Positions 46,131 through 54,509 of a stretch of DNA of 54,509 bases are shown here, piece by piece. Made by a program: the position numbers and the translations under genes. The stretch is from Blastocatellia bacterium (GTDB lineage: Bacteria; Acidobacteriota; Blastocatellia; UBA7656), in contig JAKEHD010000310.1 in NCBI GenBank assembly GCA_022615215.1, positions 1 to 54,509 of the forward strand, in the 5' to 3' direction. Numbering within the stretch: the first letter of the stretch is position 1; each line of letters opens with the position of its first letter. A model generated the notes under the pieces. It made no database searches. It was not told where the DNA came from and saw nothing but the letters and a program-made list of their open reading frames with translations.

Positions 46131-48668
46131 TCAATTACCCTGCATCGAAGGAGCGACATATCGGACCTCCTTCAATTGAGCCAACGCCTCAAGCTTATCT
46201 ATGGCGATGCGGCCTATGACCATCTTCGCCGTCTTAGGGTCGAGCACTACTTCGAAGCCGAGCCTCTTGAGTTGTTCGATCACTTCAGGAGACTTGTCCG
46301 TGAGCCAGACCTGAAGTTCGGCCTTGCCGTTGCGGACGAAGCGGGCTTCATCAACTCCGGGTTGCGCGCCCTTATTCTTCAATCGCTCGACGAGGGCGAC
46401 GATTGACGGATGGAGTTTGGAAAGAAGTTGCCGGCGCTTCTGCTCTTCGGGCGATAGCTGCTTATCACTGAGACCAGACGATTCAGCAAGCGTATTACCA
46501 ACCTCACGAGAAGGTTGTGACTTGGGTGGGGGCGGTGTATTTACTCTTCCCGGTCCTGCACCGCTTCCGCTTCCTGTCCCCATACCTCCGGCTCTACCTG
46601 ATTTAAGCTCGCCCTTTTTTGCTCTCGGTAGCGGTGCAGCAAACGGACCCGAGGGTGCCCGCGGCGCTCCCTGCATCCTGATCGCTTCTTCAGATCGCCC
46701 GAACACGCCCTCGTGGCTTACGCCTTCGGGCATATCGACGGGCACTTCTATGCGGCGAGGCTGCCCGCCTTCGGTTACGACCATCTCCTCTACAGCCACG
46801 AAGGATGTGAATTGAGTCATCAAACGAAATTCAAGGCCGAGATTGGTGATCGTCTCCTGTATATCTGCGCGAGCAGTGCCTTGCTGCAAACCGTTGTAGT
46901 CCTGGCTCATCAGGTCGTCTATGCGTGTTCGCGCCCAAAGCGTTGCAAGCACGTCATGGCGAGTCTCCAACTCGGGAAGCGCGACGGGTATCTCGCGCAT
47001 AAAAGCGCGGCCAGACATATTGCCTTGCAATCGAATCACTCCGCGCCCGCTGCCCGTGTAGCGGCCCGACAAGATGACAGGCTTCGCGCTGAAGAGGTCG
47101 GGTATGCGCGCAGGATAAACATCCGCAACAGGCAGCCCGCCCCAATCAATCGAGATGTCCGTAAGCAATGGATTGCGCACTCGCTCATGAAATCTGCGCG
47201 CCGCAGCCGAGCCGTCATCGCTCAGGGTCACGTATTCGACTTCGCCGCGACCGTGCTCGGCCATCTTGTCTAACAGGAAGCGATTGACCGAACTCCCTAT
47301 GCCGAACGAAAACACCCGCGCGTTCGGATGCTTCTGGATTTCGGAGATGATCTCCATATCGTTGCCGATGTAGCCATCGGTCATAAAGCAGACTATGCGA
47401 ATGTGATTCTGCTTATCCGAAGGAGCGAGCGCAGCCCGTATTGCCTTCATCATCTCCGTTCCGCCCCGGCCCGAACGCGAAGCCAGGAAAGCTTGCGCCT
47501 TGCCGAGGTTTTCGGCCGTCGCGGGGACCGGCTCAGGGAACAGTATGTGAGTATCTCCGGCAAAGGTTATCAGGTTGAAAGTATCGTTCGGGTAGAGACC
47601 GTCGAGCGCAAGCTTCATGGTCTCTTTCGCTTTTTCAATCGGAAATCCGCTCATCGAGCCCGACGTGTCCAGCACGAAGACGAGTTCTTTCGGGGTCATG
47701 TCCTCGACCGTTACGCGGTCAGGCGGCTGAAGTATCATGGTGAAAAATCCGCCCCTGTCCGAGCGATGCACGAGCATTGCGTCTTCGACTTTGCGGCCCG
47801 CCACGTCGTATTTCAGTATGAAATCCTTGTTGGGAATTACGTCTTCGCCGCGAAGTCGAACTAACGCGCTGTGATTTGTCGGACGTTCCACATCTATTTC
47901 ATGCAGGGTCGATTTGAGATCATCGATCATCACGCCCGCATCGAGAGCGACTTCGATTGAGATGTCGTGACCGGCGCGCGTTCCTTTGGCCGCGACCGGC
48001 GGAGTGATACGCGAGGCGTCGGGCACCTGCGTGGTATCTGGAGACCAGCCGCCTCCCTGCTTGCCCGTCGGCTGGCCCGGAATGTAGCGAGGGCCTACGA
48101 CCATGGGGAAGACGAATTCATAAGACCCGTCTTCGTACTTCAGGGTCTCGACGTAGCTTATCGTGATTATGACCTTTTCGCCGGGCATTATGTTTGCGAC
48201 CGATTGAGTGAATATATTGGGCCGCTCCTGATCTAGCAGGCTTGCGACATTGCCTGCGGCGCGGGCGGCTTCGTATATTGCGCGGGCTTCTTCGCGCCGC
48301 TTGATGCGGCCCCGCACTGTGCGGTCGCCGACTACCATTGTCATATCGTCTACGGCGGCGTTTTGAGGAAGGGGAAATGTGTAGACGGCTTCGATCTTCT
48401 CTTCGAGAGGGTTCTCGAATTCCTGAGTCACGATGACTCGCGAAAGGAACCCGCTGATTTCGGCTTTCACGCGGGTGTGTTTGAGAGGGCACTGAGCGGT
48501 AAACTGGCCTTCGGAACCCACGATGTTGAGCGACCCTTGAGTGATCGCGTCCGATGCTTCGGCTACAAACGCGGATCCTCTGATGGCTCTGATCTTCGCA
48601 AGGGCCACGTAACCGACTATCAGTGCGATTGACAGGATCACATAAAATAGAATCGTCCTTCGTTTCAT
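46131..48668 (-). CDS. VIT + von Willebrand factor A domain protein, N-terminally anchored
   Basis: 845-aa ORF. VIT domain (ISGFLSRVIVTQEFEN...). vWA MIDAS segment VFVLDTSGSMSG. Gly/Pro-rich linker and a C-terminal alpha/beta module. Confidence 0.85.
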   Translation of the reverse strand: MKRRTILFYVILSIALIVGYVALAKIRAIRGSAFVAEASDAITQGSLNIVGSEGQFTAQCPLKHTRVKAEISGFLSRVIVTQEFENPLEEKIEAVYTFPLPQNAAVDDMTMVVGDRTVRGRIKRREEARAIYEAARAAGNVASLLDQERPNIFTQSVANIMPGEKVIITISYVETLKYEDGSYEFVFPMVVGPRYIPGQPTGKQGGGWSPDTTQVPDASRITPPVAAKGTRAGHDISIEVALDAGVMIDDLKSTLHEIDVERPTNHSALVRLRGEDVIPNKDFILKYDVAGRKVEDAMLVHRSDRGGFFTMILQPPDRVTVEDMTPKELVFVLDTSGSMSGFPIEKAKETMKLALDGLYPNDTFNLITFAGDTHILFPEPVPATAENLGKAQAFLASRSGRGGTEMMKAIRAALAPSDKQNHIRIVCFMTDGYIGNDMEIISEIQKHPNARVFSFGIGSSVNRFLLDKMAEHGRGEVEYVTLSDDGSAAARRFHERVRNPLLTDISIDWGGLPVADVYPARIPDLFSAKPVILSGRYTGSGRGVIRLQGNMSGRAFMREIPVALPELETRHDVLATLWARTRIDDLMSQDYNGLQQGTARADIQETITNLGLEFRLMTQFTSFVAVEEMVVTEGGQPRRIEVPVDMPEGVSHEGVFGRSEEAIRMQGAPRAPSGPFAAPLPRAKKGELKSGRAGGMGTGSGSGAGPGRVNTPPPPKSQPSREVGNTLAESSGLSDKQLSPEEQKRRQLLSKLHPSIVALVERLKNKGAQPGVDEARFVRNGKAELQVWLTDKSPEVIEQLKRLGFEVVLDPKTAKMVIGRIAIDKLEALAQLKEVRYVAPSMQGN

Positions 48669-48810
48669 TCAACTCCTCCAGGTCTGACGCAGTTTCCGGT
48701 CTCCGTTTCGCCGGGCGGATCTTATGCTAAAAACTCGCCAAGCAAACCGCGACCTGGGGGCGGGAGGGCTGCGTCAGTGCATATCCTCAGATTACGCGCA
48801 GCACGGCGTA

Positions 48811-48840
48811 AGAAAGAAATCTTTGAGAAAGAAATCTTTG
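48811..48840. repeat. Perfect 15-bp tandem duplication AGAAAGAAATCTTTG x2, each with an AAAGA-N2-TCTTT inverted repeat
   Basis: Read directly at 48811-48825 and 48826-48840, in the spacer between the TonB receptor 3' end and the VIT/vWA gene start at 48668. Confidence 0.85.
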
Positions 48841-48997
48841 CGCGTTCAGATCATACTCTACTCGGCCGGCGCTGGTTATTTAGACACCCCGCACGGCCTC
48901 AAGTTCCAAAATTTCTCTACGGTGACAGAACGAAACAAGAAACAGAGCTTGCAGTAAAGACGGAGGGCAAGGGTACAGCTATGAGATTGCATACATG

Positions 48998-49031
48998 AAA
49001 AAGCGGTAGCGAGCCAGTGACTCGCTACCGC
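48998..49031 (-). terminator. Rho-independent terminator after the TonB-dependent receptor gene
   Basis: On the minus strand: GCGGTAGCGAG-tcactgg-CTCGCTACCGC followed by TTTTT. Confidence 0.85.
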
Positions 49032-49056
49032 TGAAGATTCGTGTCGGATGGTATCT

Positions 49057-52000
49057 TTAGAACTGATACTTGAACCCCATCTGCACCTGGAACGCGGGCG
49101 TCTGAGGAGTGTTGTTGAGCAACATTTTGCCAAAGCGCGGGGAGGTTGGGCTTTGATCGAAGAGTTGCAGGAAGTTCGGGTTTGTCGGTGCAGAGAACCC
49201 GCAATCGAGCGGAACAGGCGCGGAGCAGAAGTTCTGCACCGTCGAGCCGCCAAGCTCGATGTTTTCGAGGTTGAAGACATTGAATACTTCGGCCGAAAAC
49301 GTTATGCGATGGCGCTCGGCGAAAGTGAATTGCTTCTGCACCCGGACGTCGACGTTCCTGTAAGCGCGGTTGCGGAAAGCGCCGCGCAGGAAGGAAACGC
49401 CGGGGGCGCTATAGGGCCTGTCAGCCGAGATGAGATTGCCGCTGAAGCTGTTGCCGTCCCCATTCGCGTCAGAGCCAAAGGCCGCGTCAATCGGGCGGCC
49501 TGACAGCAGGCGAACCGCGGCCGACAGGTTTATGCCATACGGCAGGAAGAAGACCGGGTTGACTACGAACTGATGCCTGCGGTCGAAGCGCGAGAAGTTG
49601 TAGTCAGGGCCGAAATTGAAAGCGTCCTGATAGTCGAAGCCGGTCGCGTTGCGCTCGCTGTCATCATCCGAAAGGTTCTTCGACAGCGTGTAAAACGCGT
49701 TGAGTTGTCCCCAACTGCGCTGAAACTTGCTGCGAATGGTGAGAGCGCGATACAAAGATTTCGCGCTCGATTCGCGTATGGTGATGTCGCCCAGCGATGG
49801 TATCGGGCGTGGACCCGCAACCGCCGAGCCGTAGAAAGGTCTCTGCGCCGGATCAGTCGCGCGGATAACAGGCGCGGGGAGATTCACATTGCGGTTGCGC
49901 TCAAGGCGGAGCGTGTGAACATAAGTGAAGTCAGCCCCAAGGGTGAATCCTCTCGCAAGCTCGTGCTCGCCGCCAATGCCCATCTGATAAGAGAGCGGAT
50001 TGTGATAGTCCGGTCCCATGAGTATCGGACGCGAGCCGGTAAAGGGATTCGGGGCCGGCAGTCCAAGCGCCGCCGCTATCTGCTGCACCTGCTCTATACT
50101 GATGACTGGCAGGTTATCGAGCGAGAAGTCATTGAGGTTTATACCTATGGTCAGCAATTGCTTGTAGACTGTGTTGTTAGCCCCGGCGCCCCCGAGCGGA
50201 AGCTGGAGCGTAAGATCGCCGGGCGGGATGCGGAAGTTATTCAGCGGCCCGGCCAGCAGAAGGCCGGGGGTTCGCGCGTAGTAGATTCCGCCGTAGCCTC
50301 GAATGACCGTCTTCCCGCTACTGCTCGGATCCCATGCGAAGCCGAGTCGCGGCCCGAACTGCTTCGTGTCGTCAGAGATTTCCGTCGGGTCGAGCACATG
50401 GCCGGACGGGAACTGGAAGCCTTTGATAGTGTTTATCAGGAAATCGTTGCCAAGCTCCGGCGAAGGATTGAATTGTCCCTCCCAGCGCAGGCCGAAGTTG
50501 AGCGTGAAGTTCGGGCGAACGCGCCAGGAATCCTGCGCGAAGAAAGCAAGCTCTTTGGTTGAGAAATCGAGCAGGGTGTTCCCAAGCTGCCGCCGATAGA
50601 AAAAGCTGGTGCTGTCGAAGCGGTTGACGATGCAGCTCGGGACGCCGGGGCAGCCTGCCATCGATAGCCCGTCGAGAATCGTTTCCGTCGAGGATGTGAA
50701 CGCACCGAACGAGCCGAACTGGTTGAACCCGAATGACTGGAATGTGTCGATGTAATTGAGCTCCCCGCCGAACTTGATCGTGTGACCGCCCCTGGTCCAG
50801 GTCACATTGTCTGCTATCTGGAAACGGGTGTCGCGTTGAGTGGTCGGAAGGAAGGAGCGCGTGCCGAAGTTTGCAAGCGCCGTCTCCACGGTCGTCGTCT
50901 CGACATTGGAAAGACGAGGACGAGTTTCGCGAGCAAACTGCACGCGCAATTCGTTGACCATATTCGAAGAGAAGAAACTGGTCATCTGGCCCACGACTCC
51001 ATTGGTCCTGTCTTTCTCAACGCCGTTGTTCGAAAGGGCGCGGTTCGTGGTCGGGTTGATTGAGTCGCCGGTTGCGACGGCATTCTCTCCGTTGTTCCTG
51101 CTGTAGTTGTAACGCACGTTGAAGCGGTGATTGCTGTTGATCTCGTAATCCACTCGCCCCAGCAATGCTATTGCGTCGTTGGTCTGATCGAACGGCGCTT
51201 CGAGAGACTTGAGAAAGTCGAAAGCCTCCTGCTGGGCGGCGTTCGGTGTGAATTCGGTGAGCCGGCTGAAGAGCACCTCACGATTTTGGCGGAGGCGTTG
51301 CTGCTCATAAGCTCCAAAGAAGAATATCTTGTCCGTCCTGATAGGCCCGCCTATCGAGCCGCCCCATTGCTGCTGCGAAGGCGCGGGGAAAACTTCCCGC
51401 TCGATGTCTTCTTCGAGCGCGTCGAAGAAACGATTGCCCCTGACGAGCGATTCGGGCCGGTTCAGAAAGAACGCGGAGCCGTGAAAGTCGTTCGTGCCTG
51501 ACTTCGTAACGGCATTGACGATGCCGCCGGTCGAACGACCGAACTCAGCCGAATATCCCGCGGCCACCACCTGAAATTCCTTTATCGCTTCCTGCGGAAT
51601 CGTATAAGCGTTGTTCGAGCGCTCGCCGCCGCGAATGCCGCCGAAAAACGGCTGGTTGTAATCCACGCCGTCGACGTTGACGTTAGCGCCGTAGATGCCG
51701 CGCTGCCCCACGAGCGAGATTTGATTTCGCTGAGGATCGACCTGAGCGCCCGGCGTGAGCGTGACGAAGTCCTGGAAGCGGCGACCATTGATCGGCAGGT
51801 TTTCGATAGCCTGCTGATTGAGGACCGCATCAGCCTCAGAGCGAGTAGTCTGAACCTGTATGGCTCCGGCCGAAACCTCTACGACTTCGGTGACGCCGCC
51901 TGCGCTCAGGGTGACATTTATTTCGGCAGTGCGGCCGACTATGACTTCTACCTTGTTCACAGTGGTGGCATTGAAGCCGTCGGCTTCGGCCACGACAGTG

Positions 52001-52254
52001 TAAATTCCCGGCGGCAGAAGCAGGATGGTGTACAAGCCGTCGCCGCTCGTTTTCACCGTCCGCTCAAGTCCGGTCTGTGTGTTAGTAGCTTTCACCATTG
52101 CGCCGGAGATGGCAGCCCCCTGGCTGTCAAGCACGACGCCGGAAATCCGACCGTCGCTGGCCTGCGATTGCGCCAGCGCCGGGGCGGTGCCGAAGGCCAT
52201 CGTAAGCGCCAGCACCAGTGCGCAAAGTGATCGAAATGGAGTTGATTTTGACAT
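49057..52254 (-). CDS. TonB-dependent outer-membrane receptor with N-terminal carboxypeptidase-regulatory-like domain
   Basis: 1065-aa ORF with a signal peptide. CarboxypepD_reg-like [20 protein letters not shown]...GIYTV, then a plug, a long beta-barrel and a C-terminal aromatic ...MGFKYQF. Confidence 0.9.
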   Translation of the reverse strand: MSKSTPFRSLCALVLALTMAFGTAPALAQSQASDGRISGVVLDSQGAAISGAMVKATNTQTGLERTVKTSGDGLYTILLLPPGIYTVVAEADGFNATTVNKVEVIVGRTAEINVTLSAGGVTEVVEVSAGAIQVQTTRSEADAVLNQQAIENLPINGRRFQDFVTLTPGAQVDPQRNQISLVGQRGIYGANVNVDGVDYNQPFFGGIRGGERSNNAYTIPQEAIKEFQVVAAGYSAEFGRSTGGIVNAVTKSGTNDFHGSAFFLNRPESLVRGNRFFDALEEDIEREVFPAPSQQQWGGSIGGPIRTDKIFFFGAYEQQRLRQNREVLFSRLTEFTPNAAQQEAFDFLKSLEAPFDQTNDAIALLGRVDYEINSNHRFNVRYNYSRNNGENAVATGDSINPTTNRALSNNGVEKDRTNGVVGQMTSFFSSNMVNELRVQFARETRPRLSNVETTTVETALANFGTRSFLPTTQRDTRFQIADNVTWTRGGHTIKFGGELNYIDTFQSFGFNQFGSFGAFTSSTETILDGLSMAGCPGVPSCIVNRFDSTSFFYRRQLGNTLLDFSTKELAFFAQDSWRVRPNFTLNFGLRWEGQFNPSPELGNDFLINTIKGFQFPSGHVLDPTEISDDTKQFGPRLGFAWDPSSSGKTVIRGYGGIYYARTPGLLLAGPLNNFRIPPGDLTLQLPLGGAGANNTVYKQLLTIGINLNDFSLDNLPVISIEQVQQIAAALGLPAPNPFTGSRPILMGPDYHNPLSYQMGIGGEHELARGFTLGADFTYVHTLRLERNRNVNLPAPVIRATDPAQRPFYGSAVAGPRPIPSLGDITIRESSAKSLYRALTIRSKFQRSWGQLNAFYTLSKNLSDDDSERNATGFDYQDAFNFGPDYNFSRFDRRHQFVVNPVFFLPYGINLSAAVRLLSGRPIDAAFGSDANGDGNSFSGNLISADRPYSAPGVSFLRGAFRNRAYRNVDVRVQKQFTFAERHRITFSAEVFNVFNLENIELGGSTVQNFCSAPVPLDCGFSAPTNPNFLQLFDQSPTSPRFGKMLLNNTPQTPAFQVQMGFKYQF

Positions 52255-52809
52255 TTTCCTGCCCCCTCATTTTAAGGTGTGGCCGCTCTTCCTTCACGCT
52301 TGATGCAAGGGAATCATGCGCGAGTAATTGCAGCCGGTTATGTGAATTGATAGTCCATGAAGAGTGGCGATGTGCGGCGCTGGCGGTCCTTATGATTCAT
52401 CATCAGGAGTCCCTCTCGCCCGCCCGCCAAACCAGGATTTTCAATTGCGATAAGTTTTATGCTTCCGGTCAATTCATCCTTCACCACAAAGAATCAAACG
52501 CAAATTCGGTAGTTGTAAAGGAAAGGCTACTTCAAGGTGTTAAGCAAGTCAAGGAAAATAGATGTTAAACTTCCGCCCTCCGATGAATTCCAGAACCGAC
52601 CTCTTGCGGCACTACATATTGTATGCAATCCGCTTTCGCCGTCTACATGTTGTCCTTTTTCAGGAAAGTATCGGAGGACGCGATCTTCCCCCTGCCGCCT
52701 GTCAGCGATTCGACGATTCGGGCCTCCAACCCCCGCAGAGGCACGTTTTTCATGCAAACCTGTTTATAACAGATCAAGCCCTCGACACGGGCGGTCCATC
52801 GCAGATACC

Positions 52810-52836
52810 AGATAGAATCGATTATCGATTCTATCT
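52810..52836. other. Perfect 27-bp palindrome (13-bp arms around one central base)
   Basis: AGATAGAATCGAT-T-ATCGATTCTATCT. I derived the reverse complement by hand; it differs only at the central base. Confidence 0.9.
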
Positions 52837-52855
52837 TTGATTTCAAGCCCTCGGC

Positions 52856-53737
52856 TCACTGGTTAGAGGTGCCCTGTACCTGTAATTCTATAAGGGCTTT
52901 GTAGGATCCCTGATTATCGGAGAGCGTACCTTCGTTTATGGACAAAAACAGCAGCCCGTCGCGCACGGCTGTGAATTCGGACGTGCGCCCTATGAATATG
53001 AAATCATCGTTGTCGGCCCCTATGACTCCTATCAACGCGCCCGTAGGGCGATCGGGCATAAGCTTTCTCGGATCGGGCGCATCGATCCCCTCGGGGCCGC
53101 TCGCCTGCTCCGTGTCCGGGTTCAGAGTGACAGACCCGTTCGCGTTGATACGTATAAGGTCGCCTCGCTTGACTATCAACCCGGTGCTCGTCCAGTCGCG
53201 CGTCGCTATGACGTCGATGTTTGCAGTCCTGACCAGTCCGGTCAATTTGCGCGGGGACGGTTCGGTTTCAGTCTTCTCAGGAGTGGGGGTAGGAGGAGTC
53301 GAGGTGTTGTCAGGTTGAGACGGTTCAGGCTCTCGCGCAGGCGGCTGAGACTCACTGGCGCGAGGCTGATCGCCCGGCGGCGGCGCGTTTCGCGCAATCT
53401 CTACGCGCGGCTGAGTAACGCTCGGAAGAATAGCAGGGTCGTTATCGCGGACCGGTTTATCATTGCTGTTCGCATTCGCAGAATCATTATCAGCGCCGCT
53501 CGTTACGCCTTGAGCCGAGTCGAATTCTATACGAGCGACATCGCCCATGTATATCATGGCGCGGCTCAAATAGCGGCCTGAGCCTGTGTCGAGCAGCACG
53601 ACGAATTGATCGTCGGCAAAGCTTATGACCTTGCCTTTGAGCACGCTGCCGTTCTTGAAATGTATGGTATCGGCTCGCGCAGTCGTTGCGATAAGCCCTA
53701 TAGAGATCAACAAAAGAACTGAAAATAATTTGCGCAT
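52856..53737 (-). CDS. Secreted hypothetical protein with Pro-rich linker and C-terminal beta-sandwich (PA-IL/LecA-like?) domain
   Basis: 293-aa ORF with a signal peptide and a Pro/Ser/Glu linker. The lectin-fold suggestion for the C-terminal GDLIRINANGSVTL...GALIGVIG...GLLFLSINEG is tentative. Confidence 0.6.
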   Translation of the reverse strand: MRKLFSVLLLISIGLIATTARADTIHFKNGSVLKGKVISFADDQFVVLLDTGSGRYLSRAMIYMGDVARIEFDSAQGVTSGADNDSANANSNDKPVRDNDPAILPSVTQPRVEIARNAPPPGDQPRASESQPPAREPEPSQPDNTSTPPTPTPEKTETEPSPRKLTGLVRTANIDVIATRDWTSTGLIVKRGDLIRINANGSVTLNPDTEQASGPEGIDAPDPRKLMPDRPTGALIGVIGADNDDFIFIGRTSEFTAVRDGLLFLSINEGTLSDNQGSYKALIELQVQGTSNQ

Positions 53738-53812
53738 GATTATCCTTGAACCTCCACTGATTTCTGATCGGCGCGCATTATATCAGATCGTCAGCCGCTA
53801 AGAAACCTGACA

Positions 53813-54229
53813 TCACTCGCCTTCCCGATTGACCCTTTGATTGTAGTCTTCAGACGAAGCCGGGTCGAGTTCCCATCGCTTGCGGTCGCGGTTGCTCACT
53901 TTTTCTTTAGGTTGAAGCGGTTCGTTGTCTTGATATGTGAGACCCATCGCCTCGCCGATCTCTTCGACGATGGCCTGGTCAGGCGTAGGGCAAGACCCTC
54001 CCACAGTCTCGTCGCCTATATCTGCTCGTCCCCAGTCGGCATCCAGGTCGCCTCCGGAAAGATCGGGCGTTCGCGAATGATGTTCGCGCAGCCCCTTCAT
54101 CAATCGCTCGCCGCCAGATTCATAGCGTTGGGCATCGGCGAATTCCTGCTGCACCTCTTCATCAGGTTCGTAGGGTTCGCTCTCGGCCCTGCCAGCATCT
54201 ATAAAATGTTTTTTCTCCTTATCAGCCAT
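53813..54229 (-). CDS. Conserved acidic hypothetical protein (DUF6335-like)
   Basis: 138-aa ORF. SGGDLDADWGRADIGDETVGGSCPTPDQAIVEEIGEAMG resembles a conserved family of unknown function. Confidence 0.6.
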   Translation of the reverse strand: MADKEKKHFIDAGRAESEPYEPDEEVQQEFADAQRYESGGERLMKGLREHHSRTPDLSGGDLDADWGRADIGDETVGGSCPTPDQAIVEEIGEAMGLTYQDNEPLQPKEKVSNRDRKRWELDPASSEDYNQRVNREGE

Positions 54230-54317
54230 TCTAAGGCACGCTCCCGTCAGTTCATTTCCTGGCTCGCTCTCGGTTGAAGCTAGAGTCTATCACAGTAATG
54301 AAAAAGGAGAAACATGG

Positions 54318-54369
54318 TTTTCAGCCGTCCGTCTTCAGCCTATATTCTGATAGCTGATAGCTGACTGAT
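54318..54369. repeat. Heptanucleotide-phased repeat element upstream of the tRNA-Pro promoter
   Basis: TTCAGCC GTCCGTC TTCAGCC TATATTC TGATAGC TGATAGC TGACTGA. CTGATAGCTGATAGCTG is the reverse complement of CAGCTATCAGCTATCAG at 44351. Confidence 0.75.
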
Positions 54370-54379
54370 GTTCAATTGC

Positions 54380-54409
54380 TTTGACAAGCCGAGAGGCACG
54401 CGGTTATCA
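54380..54409 (+). promoter_or_regulatory. Candidate sigma-70 promoter of tRNA-Pro
   Basis: TTGACA (54380-54385), 18-nt spacer, TATCAT (54404-54409), ending 17 nt before the mature tRNA 5' end. Confidence 0.55.
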
Positions 54410-54426
54410 TGCCCCTTCGTTATAAA

Positions 54427-54503
54427 CGGGGCGTAGCGCAGCCTGGTAGCGCACCTCGTACGGGACCAGGGGGTCGTTGGTTCAAAACCAATCGCCCCGA
54501 CCA
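54427..54503 (+). tRNA. tRNA-Pro(CGG): tRNA-Pro (anticodon CGG) with non-canonical anticodon arm
   Basis: 77 nt with encoded CCA. Folded by hand: acceptor CGGGGCG/CGCCCCG, D arm GCGC/GCGC, T arm GTTGG-TTCAAAA-CCAAT. Anticodon arm CCTCG-TACGGGA-CCAGG gives anticodon CGG at 54461-54463, but with A at position 33 and a C:C mismatch in the stem. Confidence 0.8.
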
Positions 54504-54509
54504 CTAAAT

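Noticed and set aside
49573-50562. 329-aa plus-strand ORF antisense to the TonB-dependent receptor (other antisense ORFs lie at 50782-52303)
   Set aside because: The translation is Arg-rich and entirely embedded in the receptor gene, and there is no independent support.

Overview
A 54.5 kb chromosomal window at roughly 55% GC with about 48 protein genes and one tRNA. It is probably from an Acidobacteriota-like Gram-negative bacterium. That inference rests on a sigma-54 activator, a TonB-dependent receptor with an N-terminal carboxypeptidase-regulatory-like domain, lpxD and a BamD-like gene. Most genes are housekeeping: acyl-CoA dehydrogenase/meaB/methylmalonyl-CoA epimerase, mtnP, dapF, cutA, purH, lpxD, xerD, parAB, ssb, rnhA, sppA and gltX. 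The most interesting locus is 18.5-22.8 kb. A family-1 encapsulin shell gene is followed (not preceded) by an encapsulated-ferritin cargo gene carrying a C-terminal LTVGSLR targeting peptide, and then by an unknown 97-aa gene. This operon is transcribed divergently from a SufR-like regulator, apbC, Cys-less Nfu and iscA operon. Other notable items: an 817-aa KaiC-like ATPase / disordered linker / receiver / degenerate-GGDEF protein that keeps an RxxD I-site. An orphan SbcC/Rad50-like ATPase with a C-x6-C hook. A lower-GC two-gene islet that includes a hendecad-repeat protein. A sigma-54 promoter in front of a GspH-like pseudopilin. A family of heptanucleotide-phased, dyad-symmetric intergenic repeats at four or more loci. 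A tRNA-Pro(CGG) with an abnormal anticodon arm. I saw no CRISPR array, rRNA, transposase or prophage. All functional calls come from motif recognition by eye; no database searches were run.
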